Source of the DNA: Fimbriosthenelais zetlandica
Lineage: Eukaryota
Assembly: GCA_977030845.1 (NCBI GenBank)
Contig: OZ365116.1
Location: 20,398,001-20,462,000 of the forward strand
DNA: 64,000 nucleotides
Direction of reading: 5' to 3'
The notes under the pieces were generated by a model. That model saw only the letters and a list, made by a program, of their open reading frames with translations. It was not told the origin of the DNA and made no database searches. Position numbers and translations under genes: made by a program. The stretch's first letter is position 1, and each line of letters begins with the position of its first letter. Below, piece by piece: positions 1 through 14,400 of the stretch.

Positions 1-59
1 GATGAGTCTACAGGTGGGTTGATATAGCTCTAGTTTAATTTCTCATTGAATTTAAAGAT

Positions 60-1750
60 GAACTGAACTACCTTCATTCCACGGCTGACCTAGTTAGATT
101 ACTCAGTCTAATGAACTCACAAGTGTTTTATTATTCCGCCTACCCATCCGCCCCTTTATTCCCTCTCGTCACTCGCACATAATAGTCATCCAACCGTACG
201 AGTAATTCCTATATACACCAATAGATCTAAATCTGTGCCAGTATCTTTGCCAATAAGCGGGCATAAACCATGGAGTGATCAATTCTTCAAGCCTCAAGCC
301 ACGCAGCTCATATTAGATCACCCTGTTAGATGCATCAATTAGAGATCCCAAAGCTTTAAATAATCTAATATGAATCTGCCTTCTATCTAATTTGATGCTA
401 CATTTCTGTCATGAACACCTGGCACCTGCCTGTCTACTGCTGCTATTTTAAGGCTGATGAATACGTGATTTCCCATAGAAATCTTTTATGAAAGAAACAC
501 TTAACTTTGTGGCATTTATATCAGTGTTTCATCTTGAGTTGCTATCACTATCAAAGGTAATATATACAGGTAATACTTTTTCCCTGATCATATGCAGGAA
601 GTCTGTATAGATAAAGACTATCCAGTATAATAGTGTGTGTTGGTCATGTCCTGAACTAACACCACATTACATTCACTGTATCCATGTTAGTCCCATGACC
701 AGTGAGGCATGAGAGCCGTGGAATCCGATCCCTTCCCCCAGGAAATGTTAAAAAGCCAAGTAAGGATATCTGTCTGCAATTTCCCTTCTAAAGAGGGCCC
801 AAAATGTAACATTGGTACCAGTGAATATCACATTTTATGTTAGTATTAATATAAAAATATATATTATGTCATTCACTTATACATTCCTTATAATTTTTGG
901 ATTACTTTTCCACTACTGAGGGCATGTTTTCTCATCCCTATCAATGAGCAGATTGGGAACTTAACCTAGAAGTGGGTTTAACTCGCTTTAGTGGACTCCA
1001 ACCCCTTTTATGTGGTCCTTGCCCATTCACCAAATCCTGAAAGTTTTCTTGGGTTTGTACATTCTATGATTTCTTTGTCAAAGCTTTGTGTACTAAAGAG
1101 AATAAAGCTTGATGATGTATGGGCTTTAGTTACTCGCTCCACAGCCTCGAAAGCCTCTAGTCCTTTGGCCTCGAACCCTAAATCCCATAAAGTATGAGTC
1201 CTAACGTGCTTTATTTTATTATGTAGCATTCATCTGTCTGTATATGAGGCAGTAGGATCACATAGCAGAGTCTTTTATTGGCGGATGTGGCCAACACAGA
1301 TGTACACACAGACATTAGTGAGTATGTCCTCAGGCCATCTAGACAATAAGGTTGTCAAGTACACAGGTCTGCCGCAGTCAACTCCCAGACCTACTCTTAT
1401 ACATCTACTCTACTCTGCCTGTCTCCATCCACTACTCTCATTAATGGCCATTGACATGCCTGCCAACATGTCACCATGATTGTAATCATATATTGCCAAG
1501 TCTGCCTTCAATGAAATCTCTAACATAAACATCAGGCTCCTTAACTATTAAATGTTATTGGTCGATCCAACGAGTATAGAATGAAGTCCATACAGTTACT
1601 CGTTGGTCTATCTATATGTACGTCCTTGTGGAATAGACATTTCCTTCTCCTTTTGCTTTTCTTTTATGGGAGAATTCTGTGGAAATATGTTCTATGATGA
1701 CCTGACTATTTCTCAGGGATCAGACATGATTGAATGGTCTATAAAGACAG
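60..1750 (-). mobile_element. Decayed CR1/L2-like LINE RT relic(s)
   Basis: GFEAK...ILFSTQSFD (like GFR...FLDLSKAFD, ORF 1008-1229); VNVM-CGV (like CGVPQG) near 650; KALG (like KYLG) near 350. Confidence 0.4.
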
Positions 1751-2326
1751 TTTGACCGTCATGAATTCAGATTATGGTTAAAGAAAGACCAGCAGCCATC
1801 CCCTCATGGTCTATTCAAGACAATGAAGTACGAGGCGTAGAGGGAGCCTGTGATCGGACCATGATAGTACCTCAGCAGACCGCCAGGGCGAGGATTGCTG
1901 GCGCCATCTGGGGGCATTATAAGCATTTTATATCCTGGTGGGCAGATAATGTTATCATGGACATCTAGAGGGCGAACATAAAGAATTAAGATAACCCGGG
2001 GGTGGGGGTGTTTACTGGAGGTCGGGGCTGGATCTTTATGGTTCTGATGAAAGGGGACCTGTACCCACACACGCCACTAAATACATGTATACAAACATGA
2101 CCATGTGTATTGAAGTATTCAAACATGTACCATGGCAAATATCTATTAGGAACAATATGTCATTCACTGATCCAGAACTGCCATAGCAAGCTTTGGATCC
2201 TCATTCCTAATGAATTTCATTGATCTTACGTATTTAGTTCATGTGCCAAAACCGACCCTCTTCTATGATCTTATCAAAAATATTCATGAAATTTATCTAA
2301 TGAATTTCTTTTGTTTCCGTTTTAAG

Positions 2327-2487
2327 ATTTGACTCGTAGTCAGACGTTTGACGATGGTGAAGGAGAGGATATGGGAGAGACGTTTAAAAATGGTACGCCT
2401 CACTCAGTGAGCGAGGCCACACCCCCCGGTCATGGGCCCTCCTCTCCCCGACACACACCCAAACAGTCCCCCGGCGCCCCGCGAGAG
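2327..2487 (+). CDS. IRAG1/IRAG2-like: IRAG-like exon A (xLTRSQTFDDGEGED...SPGAPRE)
   Basis: Acceptor tttcttttgtttccgttttaag, donor GAG|gtaagt, GC-rich open frame; phase 1 start, phase 0 end compatible with downstream exons. Confidence 0.7.
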
Positions 2488-5400
2488 GTAAGTCACTCCT
2501 ATATACATTCTCACTTATTATAACGAAACAAAGTAAATTAAAATCATGATACTTTTCATGATATTTGTTATAACAGCCTAGTATATGTACCATGTATATG
2601 TGTCATCATTGTGTTTATGTCCTACACTAAAATACTGTGCATATTCTTCTTATCTATCCACGCCTATCTTGTTGAATACCCTTTGTCTTTTCGCATAGTC
2701 CTTGTAAAAATGTCTATATTAGAAATAAGGTTGTGGGACATACAGATAAGGCATTGGTGATCGATGTATAATATGTGCTTTGTACATTCAGTAGGTTATA
2801 CATACATGTTTGTTATATTTTAATTTCGGTCTTAATGTATGTACGACTGCTGCACGCTCTAGATACAATAAGTATTTTTTCTGTGCTTCTAAGTCACAGG
2901 GGATCCTCATATAAATTGTTGATAACTCAGGAAGTGTTGAGACTCCGCAGAACTGCGAGTGAATCGTGACTTAATCTACCCTACCCTCTATATAAACTCG
3001 GCATTTCCAAAACATTTTGACCTCAGCTCTATTCACTTCAGTAGAGCTTATAGTGAAAAAAGACCGTGAAGAGATTAGTAATAATTGTGCCAGAGTGTAT
3101 TTAAATACGCTTGACGTACTTCTCTTGCCTTTTTTAGGGAGTTCATACATTTTTAATTTCCCTATAAGACATGGTGGATTAAAACACCTCAGAACTATAG
3201 AATATATTTCCATCCCATGTAGCACAATGCTATTGATTAGGTATTGGGGTTCCATTTCACTGCTGTTCTGCCAATTGATAGTAGGCGAGGTCTGACATGA
3301 GGCTCTCTCTTCACTGCCTCCACCTGGTGTTATCTATTGAGACTTAAGCCACTATATCGGATCCAACTTGTATTTAAGAGTTGTAGGGATCCAAACCAGT
3401 TGGTTGGTATACATAGAGCTTTTGGTTGGTCTTTGATATTAACTGTCTAGTTCTCAGTTTATATCAGCCAGAATTGACATTTGTCTGAGAATGATCTTCT
3501 CTTATATATTTGTTATAAATTATCTTGAAACAATTACAAAAATTGGATACCAACATCCACAGAGACATAATTATACTGTGAGCTCAGACCATTCATCCCA
3601 TGTGACACACGTTATATTATGACCAAGTACTGTACCATCCCCAGGCAAATATATGGTGATTCTATACACTACGTCACATTATAGGTGAAGAGTAGACTCA
3701 CTCTCAACATATAATGTGTGGGATGGTGTGCTATAGTGGACACAAGTTGTCTTAGACTATATTCTCTACTGTACTACCTGGCACCAGTTACACACATACG
3801 CTATCAGTCCTTCCTCATCTGCTAGACACTGACCAACAAATAGCCAGTGGTCAAGTGTAGCTGGACATTGTGTCTCCCTCCCTGGGGAGTTGACCAGTAC
3901 AGTAGGATGGGTGATGGACATATCCCTGGCCCTCTTCACGATAATGGGCTTATTCAAAGAATGGAACATAAATCATTTGGAGAGGCTAAACTTTCTGGAA
4001 GCTCTAGTGTGAAAATGTGGAGGCTCAGGGTAGGTGCCAAGAATTGGTCCTTTCTTAAACTCATTTATACTTTCAATTTGGCTGGTATATTGCATGTAAT
4101 ATTTCGTGCTGGAATTCCGGAGAAATTTCTGTTCTGCTTTGTCTCTGTTAGAGATTTTGCCTTCATATGAGATTAAAATTCTCCTCAGGTATTTTACCAA
4201 ATTAAAAACTCTGGTCTTGACTGAGACTGACACTTACTGGCCTCGGTTTGTGTTATTGAGGACTGAGGACCATGTGTCTTTGTGTCTGACCACTACTGGT
4301 CATGACAAGTCTGACCTCACCCAGCAACATGGTCGCATGTACTGATTGAACTCTGCCTCATAATAATCAAATTATCATGAAATGCAGAGAAAACTTGTGC
4401 TTCTCCCTTTAAGTATGGACACACAGTTTCCTCCTATCGACAGTAGATATATAATATCATGTCATTCAGTCCTTGTTTCCTCTGCACATAAATACCCAGA
4501 AAACATGCATTGTATCACCAGTCATCAATCATTGAGCAACCTATTATATCACATAACCCATATAGCTGTCATTATCAGCAATCTCTCTACCCATCGGCAT
4601 CACTTTTTACCTGATTTTTTATTCACATAAATTGTATTTCATATAACATGAGATGTGCACCAGCTGCCTTCTACTGCTAGAGGGTTATCAACACATTATA
4701 ATCAACGCTATGACAAGGAGATGAGAGCTCAGATATTTCTCCTGCCTCCTGTCCCCCGGACCTGTCCCTGCGCTCCAATAGTAATCAGTTACTTTGTGTA
4801 TATTATACTATTTAGTTGGGTGACAATATGAGAGGCTTATTTACTGAGTTGTATATGCCCCGGGCATTCGTCACATTATGTAAATGTATGACCTGTCAGC
4901 CTTAAGTGGTGTTCTACTGCCGTCAGTGTCACTTAATTTACATATAATGCACTGTCAGGGATTAGCACACTGTCCCCTTGCCAAATGTTCATGTATTATT
5001 TGCCATTCTCTCCATGTTTTTTAAGTTATGTTTAAATTCTATCTAATTTCATTCTCCTCTTTCACAGTAAATTTTGACATAATCATTATACTGCCATGAC
5101 ATAGAACTAGACATAAATTTTGCTGGTTTATGATTTCACTAAACTACATGTAGATTTTGCATTATGTATAATTTAACCCTTTACTTTTCTGCTTTATTCC
5201 TGCTTTTCATTTATTTTCAATTTTGGATGGTTGAACAGCTTGGTATAGTTGAGGTCCATGCCCCTATGTATCCTGATAATGAATATCCCTCCACATGTCC
5301 CACCATGTCCACTTATTCACCCCCTCTTACCATGCCCCCTCCATCCTCACCCTGTCCCTCCCCTATAGCTCCTCCTCGTAGGCCCAAAAAACAACGTAAA

Positions 5401-8400
5401 TCTTATACCACTTTAGGCCAGGTATGTATCTACATAGGTTCATAATGCTTCATAGATTTATGTAATCAATTAGATAGAAAAATAGAACAAAATGTGTGTG
5501 TGTCCCAAAAACAGTTAAGGAAATCTGTTATTAAGAGAGGTTGCTCCACTTCAGCCTTCCAAACAATGTGTATGTCTATAGACACTTAGCCATTTAGAAT
5601 ATGACTATCACCAAACATATCACCAAACACAAAACACAAATAGTGTGATAATATAGTGATCATTAGGCAGCACATAATTATTGTTTTTTACGAAAAGGTA
5701 GTTGCACAGATTGACTAGTTTCGTTTAAGTTGGAAGTTGAAAATTCTAAGGTCAAAATTACTTTCTTTTATTTGTGACAATTTTTCCATGAAAGTTTCTA
5801 ATATGTCGATTGAGATAAAAAGTCTGATTTGGTATTAATTTAACCTAATTTCAATTATATTTGCTTTGGTAGATATCACTTTTATAGAGACTATGAGAGT
5901 AATGTGTGAATCAGACATGTCCCTTATGGGTGTAGAAGTTGATTGATGATTGACTAATTTTACCCAGGATGATGGACGTCATGGTTCATCATTATCAGTT
6001 AGCATTGAGAGCTCACCGTCTACTAGTCCTCACCACACTCCTACTGTAGTACGGAGAAGATCCTCACATAGACGGCCCTCACGGCGGTCCCTCCTCACTC
6101 CAACATCGTCTCCTAAACCTAAATACCGAGCGCCTTCGCCCCGTCCTCGCCGACCTTCTGTCAATACCGGTTCTCGGCGCAGTCCTTCCGTGACACCACG
6201 TCCTTCTCCAAGACATTCTCTAGCTGGTCCTTCATCCTCTCCTAAAGGGGAGAATGGAGTTGGAAAGATATACCTTAATATTGACCCGTCCCTGAAGAAT
6301 ACACGGACAAGGAGTCATTCAACTGGGACGAAAAGAAAAGCTCCATCACGTCCTGCTCCTTGTCGGCCCAAGTCACTTCCTAAAGTAGCAATAGGCACTG
6401 ATACCCAGGATGCTCGAGGTCCTCCTCAAGCCTCAGACATGCAGAGCAAGTCAAACAATCCCCAGGAGAGTAGAGAGAATACAGCTGAACTCAGACCACC
6501 AGAGAGCTGTATGCAGGTTACATATGCTATTGTGCATAGCAATGATCCTGGTAACCAAAATAATGGTAACTCTGGTACTTCCTCAAGTCTCCCTTCACAA
6601 GCTGATACTTGTTTGTCTCTCACCTCAGTCTCCCAAGCATCAGAGGCTGTCTCCCCTAAAATGTATCAAACTTTGGTACTTTATGATGATACATGTAATA
6701 TACATACAGACAGTTCTCTCATTGATAATGAAAGGTCGTATAGTATGAAGCCGGTATCAGTAGACCACCAGCGGGCAGAGGTAGGTGATCAACTGTCCTC
6801 ACCAGACATCCACTCTACAATCATGGCTGACAGGTCCTCTAATCACTCTCATTTCTCTGATTCAGTAAAAGTAGTCACGACATCCGAAATTAACTCTCCA
6901 GTTCACCATGCCGTTTTAAAGGAAGTCACTGTCCCTGAGTATGTCTCGTCTAATTTGTCACAGTCGTCCAATGATCCCTCACAACATGATGAGGCAAAAC
7001 GCAGCAATTTGTCAGATGGAATTGGCGACCATTGCCTGTCTAATTTAACAGATGATCAGGTGGATCATGCCGCCCCCGTACAATCATCAATCCCTAATAC
7101 AGCAGGAACCCTGGATGATCAATGTGCAGGAACTCCAGAGATGATAGGAGGGACAGATATGATCAGTTCTAGCAGGGGTGAATTTGAGTCAAATTTGACA
7201 AAAATAAATGAGAATAAAGATGACCTCGCAAAAGATCAGAAACGTCAGGAAAAGGAGGGTAGGGATCATAAGCCCCAAATATCCACATTCAAACTGCCTA
7301 CACATCCGTCAGATCCAGCCATCCCAGAGAAGAAAAATACTGGAAATGAGGATAAGAAGCAAAGTGATACAAAAGATTCTGTAGAAAGAACAGTCACTGA
7401 AGATGAAGTCATATGTAAACAAGGGAAAGCAGAAGACATGATGTCTGATGTAAGAAAGATTTCTAAAGCAGAAAGCTCTGACAAAATGAATAATGAAGAT
7501 AATAAACAAGACTCCAGAAGGCCTGATGTTGACATCAAACAGTCTGTACCAGCGAACACACAGACTGAGTCTGACTCGACTAAATCTGATAAGCAAGTCA
7601 TAGCCTGTCAAGGTACTGAACCCTTTGTCTCAAAAATGAACAATTCATCAACTGAGACTCAACAAAATAAACCTGGCGAAGTCTCCCACAGTGTGAATAC
7701 CGACTTGAAAGACAAGAAGAATGAAAGTGTTGACAAAACTCCAGATACGGAGAACAAGAAAGAAGAAAGAGTGAAAAGGAAAAGTGTGACTTTTATGGAT
7801 GCTCCAAAAATCAACCCAAGTATCGTTGTTAGCAGTGTAGGGGATGAGAAGTGTGGAAATACCCAGGATGGTGAAGCCTCTACAGATGAATCTTCAAACA
7901 AATGTCTTACTCAGAAGACTGAAGAGAACACTGAAGCTCATCTGAGAAAAATACAAGGCAAGAAAGATGACAGACCAATGGAAGAAAGGGAACCTGATGG
8001 CAAAGATATGTTAAAAGATGAGAAAACTCTAAAAGCTGAAGGAGGATCCAAGATGGCTGCTAAAGAAACAGGAAGTGAGGGAGATGTGAAAAAGGAGGAT
8101 AAGTCAGATGGTGTCCAGGTCAGTGTTGTTGTAACCCTCTATAGGCAGAGATCACATCTAGATCTGATCATAGAGGCACTCTCTTCCTCCTCCCAGACTT
8201 CCATCTGACCTTCCCTCGTCCCTTCCACCCCCTCCCCGCTAGACACCACCCTATTCCCCACCCTCGCCTATATCTATCATTTCTAGCAGTGCGTCCCTCG
8301 CCTTGTCCACCACCTCTCACAGCTTGTTTATCTGCCTGTCCACGCCTCCACCAGCCCATCCTCACCCTAAGCCACTTTCCTTGTATCCAACTGAAAATAT

Positions 8401-11400
8401 TTGCACCACTTTTTGCCTCGTGTTTTTACCCAGTCACCCCATCCATCCTGCTATGTGCAGTGAGGCTGGCATCCCTTCCATATCGCCATCCTGTCTCACT
8501 CCTCTCTCCAGCTACTGTCACTCCACCTCACCACCAACTCTTTCATGTCCGTGAACCAATAATGGAATCAAAACAGTCATTCTGGTTCATTCGCCGTATA
8601 GGAGGCTAATAGCTAAAAGGTCTCATTGGAACCTGCCTACTGTGGATTGTCTGGATGTAAGAGTTCCATTTTGAACGCCGTCTCTACCTCTGACTGGATA
8701 AGTCACTTTCTATGTACTGCTGGATCTCTAATGCACCTTGTGTTCATGATATCCATTAATGACTTCCTGAAAATGGTAGGCATTCTTCATAGAAACACTA
8801 TTTTATTCATATTAGCTTTGGTAAAATGTCCAGGTCCTATTGAATACGTCATTCATTATGCGTCACATCGTTAGGTGAAACCATCAAGCGACCTGCTCAG
8901 ACATTCTAGCATTCCATTCCGCCCCATCTCTTTCCTTCTTGAGGATCAATATTGCCACATTCCCCTTTTGCAGGCTGTTGATTGCTGCAGTGCAGAATGC
9001 GCATTCATTGCATTTGAAAGAAGCACAAATATATAGGTAGAAATGTTTGCCTTCTCTCTGGTTGACAAAAGACGCGATGGATGGTCTTTTTTGTATCTTG
9101 TTCAGATAAACGATGTTGTTATTTATCTGAGACTTTAAGAGGGGTGGATTTCTTCAGGGGGATCCTTTTAAAGACCTCTTGATCACCTGAGTGGACGGCT
9201 CCTTTTCAAGTACTACCCGTACATTATTGATGGGACCTGACATTGGTGGCCTGACTGCCACCAGAGTACGTGAATGTCTACCCACGGTGGTATAGCTCAC
9301 ACGATCCGCCTCTGGTCACTAAGCGGATGGGTGATTTATCACCTTTTTAAGTGATGGCACATTTATCAGAACTTTTTCTTTTTGGGGTATGAAGGCACAC
9401 GCTATGCTGGTCAACATATGCCATATCTTAGAGGCTATGATATATGAACCTATTACAAGCTTTTACCCACAGTTCTTGGTATGCTTGGTTTAATGTGGCC
9501 CTCCAGTTGACAGTCTGTCACTTATATGATAACTGCCTTTATTCCCATTGAGGAATTGGGATGATGGAAATATGGATGTTATTTATGGCACTCTAAGAAC
9601 ATCTTCCCCAAGTCCCAATGTTATTCTCTAGGTTATTAGTAAGGCAGAGAAAGCCTGAGGCCAGACTTTCTGGTCATCGAGCTACTCATTGGCTAGAGCT
9701 GCTGCTCACGCTAAAAGCTCTGACCAACTCTTCTTCTGCTCTTATTTTGGAAGCAAACTATCAACCCGTGTGTATATAACTTTCCTGCAAGTTATAAAGA
9801 ACTTGTGAAGGATACTTTAAATGGATATTTGTAAAAGTTGAGGGACGGGGAAGGCAGAGGATGGGGCTCTTTACTGTTGACGTAAATTCATTACCTCTGT
9901 GTGATTCATGGGCTTTTAAGGAGCCAGTTCAACAAGCCTGTAATCCAATTCACGTCCCAATCTGTCTACCTTTAAGCTTAGAGCTGCTTGTCAATTTAAA
10001 TATAAGGCCCATATTGCTGCACGCCTTTGCAGTCAAACTTTCAGGACATGTTTCATGGACTGTGAACAACTTTAGGGCATATATATGTATGAAATGTCAA
10101 TGTTCAACAATGTAAGTTGCTATTAATATGGACACTGTTATTCAGTGATATATAGAACAGTAGTATCCAAATGTTGCTGATGCCTTCATCAGATGTGGGC
10201 CTCAGTGCCTGGGGTAAGCTTAGGTGTTGTAGTTGAGTTTTATCCTGCCCTCACACCGCCTCGCCATTTCACAAGGTCATGAAGGGACCCAACATTGCCT
10301 TGTGATTCATTATTCATAGTGACATACTGGAGGCGAAACTACTTAATGTTCCGGCCATTCCTACAAGTTCCTCCCGTGAAACATGCTTGCTCAGCTTTTC
10401 CACCAGGAAGAGATGCCAGTGTTCCTTATTTTTATTTCATCTCTCCATGATGAATCTGTTTAAAGTGGAAAAAAGATTCACGAGATGTTTGAAAAACATT
10501 GCCACTGTCAATTTCTACTGGCAATGTCATTTCCAGAGTTCTGTATGGGTAATGGGAATGTAAGCCTGGAATATTCACAAAGCGCATCCATCCAGTCCCT
10601 GTGGTGATTTATTTGTTTGAATTTGATCCCAAATCATCACAAACTGCATCAACGTGTCTTGCCTTGTGTAGCTCTGTATGTCAAAATTGTTGTCGGGGAT
10701 TCAGATGAAGGAGAGTGACTGGCCCCATATATTCTGATTACATCTCTCTAAGTACCCGTGAGACAGTATTGTGCAGACTCAGCAGGGGTACTATACTATG
10801 TTGTAGCTAAAAGAAATGGCCGCCAAATAGCGCTACAAATTGATTTTAGTCCCTTCCATATTTGCTCATCTTGAAGGCCTTGGATGTGTCCACAAATTGG
10901 ACGGGTGAAACCTCAGACGTATGTGTGAAGATGGTGGGTGTGTGAGGCCTCCCATGAGTCGTGGTCTGTGCTCAGTGTTAGACCATCATCTCTGTATATT
11001 TACCATGTCACAGTGAGCCTCTACTGACTTAATGGCGTGTTGCCTGGTCAGGCCTCTACATGCCACGTGCCTTATTGACTATAGGCTATCACATTTTACA
11101 CCATCCATACCAACAAATCCATCCTCCATCCATGCCAACAAATCCATCCTCTATCCATACAGGACATGTCTCACTGGGTCTTATCCGCTCATGACCGGCT
11201 CCCGTCAATAGATATATTTCAACTTTAGTTCAGGTCCGAGGTGAAAGCTTAGCTTCTGCTCCAGTAGATGGGACCCAGACTCGGAAATGAAAGTAGAAAC
11301 TTGTAGAAAGTCACTATTTGCAATTTAGATTTGAATCTTATTACTTAGAAGTTAAAATTTCCTTTGGATATCAGTGTGAATAGTGAGCCTACAGTAATGC

Positions 11401-14400
11401 CAGCAGCATTACTGAGATACATGTATACATTTGTATAAAGTCTGTACAGTGCTTGGGTGGTTCTGGTTTACTCATGTCTAACTACAGTCCTGTCATAGAG
11501 CTTTTCTGTTGCTTGCTCCATGTTCTTTAGATGAACTGCATTTTCTCTTGTCTAGGGTTAAGATATCTACACAAAAGAATATCATTTAAGGCAGTTAATT
11601 ATTACATGATTTTCTCAGAGCTTGCATAACCTTCTTCCAGGTTACTTCGTGGATTCTTTTCCCAGGATAAGTTTGAGGACGTAACATTTATGTGTGCCTC
11701 TATTCAGTTTGTTGTGTGTGTTTACCACAGGGTGACACAGACAAGAGTGACGTGAAGGAAACGTCACCAAAGTCAACCAATCAGCGACCGTCGACACTGA
11801 TCCCCTCAACTGGTGACCAAGCAAACAAAGCTTTCCGCATCAATGTCCCACTGTCCAAGATCCGTGAGGTATGTCACAGCACGTCCTAGCTCGCTCAGTC
11901 TTCACACTGTTGTTATAGTAGCCATTTTTCCCTTTGGTAAATGTTGAATGATTTTGACAGCAAATGCATCGTGTACATAGATTTAGATTGGTACTGGGAT
12001 AGATGTATAATCCTAGTATTGACAGTGGTCCCCTCGCTGTGGGAATGTAACAATAGCATATAACCAAGCAAGGATAAGTAGGTTCTTTCTTGCTTGCTGT
12101 AGACCTTGCTCTGTTCTAAGCAAATTGGCCTTTTTTTATTTCAATAAAACTAAGGACAATCTTGTTCACGAAAAGAATACAGGCCGTCTACTATCAACAT
12201 ATATGGAATCCATGCTCGAGGCAACACGCTATAATAGTCCAGCAGATGCATGGGGATAGCGTATAGTCTTTCCAATCAGTCTTGTGTAAGATTGCCTCGT
12301 TGGGTTTCAATGTTGCATGCTTGTGGTTTCCATTGGCAATGCCATAGTGCCTAAATGTGTTCTTTCCTCTTTGTAGATCTACATTTATCATAAATTGATA
12401 GTACTTGGAAGATAGGCATGAATAATAGGCAAGGGCCATTAAAGTGAGATCTTGGAGAATGATATTTTACATCCATTAAACATGAATGTTTCTGTGGATT
12501 TGCTACTAAAATTTGAGTACGATAGTTTAATGGAGATGAGCAAACTACTCTGACATGCATTAGAATGCCTGATGTATTGGGAGGAGATGCGTTCCTACGC
12601 CATAAACGGAAGCTTGCATGAGAATGTCGGGGGATATTTTTGATGGGAGGCCTGTTGTTTTGAGTGTAGTGCCTGCCCTTGGCATGTTTGTGTCCACAGG
12701 GGAAGGCATCCATTGTACTTAGAAAAATCCCACTCATCTATCGTGTAATCAGTTTCAGTATTGAAGGCAAAGCTCTGCCTCTATATATAGATCCTCGCGG
12801 GGAAAAAATGGCCATTACCTAAGACAAACCCTATCACTCTCTCCCTGCCTAATACTGTTGTTACATTACCCCGTCTATAGAGCACCCTTCACAGCCCACC
12901 TCTCACTGTGATAAAGGCAAACATGGTGCTCTATACTATTGATCAGTGACTTTAAACTGTCACACCTACCTCCCTCCAGGTTATGTGGGACTATCATAGC
13001 AGCCCACTGGTGACTTCCAATTGCATGACCTGTAGAAATCCGTCAAAAAGAGCTTTAAAAATGAAAGGTTTGGTACCACTTATGATTTTTCCATACTCTT
13101 TGGGGATATGTGAACTATCCTTGCAAGCAGGCAATCATATCAATTGCAGATGATTTGTTCAGAGTTGTTTCAAGTGTAAAATTGGATAGTTATATGGGCT
13201 TATCGGTACATATATTATCTGTTACAATTTCAATTTGTTTTGTTCACCAAGCAAGGCTGGGCTTTATCTCAGACATATGTTGAGGGTCTTCTGTGGGCAG
13301 ATGGCTCCCTGAGGCATTAATATACCCCTGACCTCTGACTGCTGCTTACCGATAAGCTACAGGCTATATTCGGATGACCACATAAAGAATTCTTGAAAGC
13401 AAATTGGCTGCACGGTCCGGTATAGAAATGGCTAGAAAGCCTTGGGTATACGCATGCATACTGGTCCTTGTCTGGAGGAATTGGTCTGTCAGAGCCTGCT
13501 GTATTTCTTCCAGAAACTAGGACCTTGTTCATATATACTGGATGGGTTGGAGAGGGCCGGTGTTCCCTTCCAAATTGACTGAAACCATCTAAGAATGTAC
13601 CTATGAATAGGTGGTTGAGTGCTGAGTCTTGAAAGCTAATGAAAGCACTCATGTGCTAAGCAGGTACTATAGAGATGCAAGCAACAGAATATGTCTACTT
13701 AGGCAAGGACTTCAATGTAGACGTTGATGTAGTGAGACGGATAGAAATGCATGGTCCAATATACTCCATAAAATAGGCTGGTGAAAGCCTGTAAATGTAT
13801 GGATAAATAAGGTACGTATAACGTCCATTCATCGGTCAGCTATGTTAGATCTTAGTAACACCTCCGTTGTAAACCATAACTATATTTGAAACTGATTACG
13901 AATCTGTTTTGATATTTATGAGAAAGGATATAACAATTAACCTTGTCTGTGTTCGGCTATCTAGGAACTTTGCCTGTAATCGTACAAGTGAAGATTGTAT
14001 GCTGCATTCCGTCCATGGACCGTCATTGATTGCACCATTGTGGAACCACTCTGTGTAAAACCACACAAATTCCGGCCCTTATACGTACCTCTCATATATA
14101 TAGCCAGCTGATAGGAGTTATTACTGACTAGTCAGGGATGATTTACCTCCATCTCAGCTGATGGCTGATTTCTGGCAAGTGTGGCAATGCCTGGGTGTGG
14201 GTGCAGGGGTAGGTCTGCCAATAGTACAGGACATTGGGGGTGCGTCTCAGGCTAATGAGATCTGTCTGTATAGAGAACTCCACAAAAGGCCTGGACTGAA
14301 GGCTTCATTACCCATCTCCCTGCAAGCCTGCCATGCACCGTTTCATTTATAGATATCTACTCCAATACATTGTATTTTCATTTTTGCTGCTGGCAGAATT

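Noticed and set aside
703-759. Possible upstream IRAG exon (RHESRGIRSLPPGNVKKP, donor A|gtaagg, phase 1 fits exon A)
   Set aside because: The acceptor is weak and the segment reads on the opposite strand as part of the LINE RT relic just before its CGV motif; it cannot be supported without RNA data
5164-5226. Signal-peptide-like start MYNLTLYFSALFLLFIYFQFW
   Set aside because: Better explained as translation of the T-rich polypyrimidine tract of the 5238 acceptor
8119-8208. Continuation of the 752-aa ORF to the stop at 8208 as a standalone gene
   Set aside because: A good donor at 8119 and in-phase downstream exons indicate it is one exon; the ORF start (TTG at 5950) is intronic
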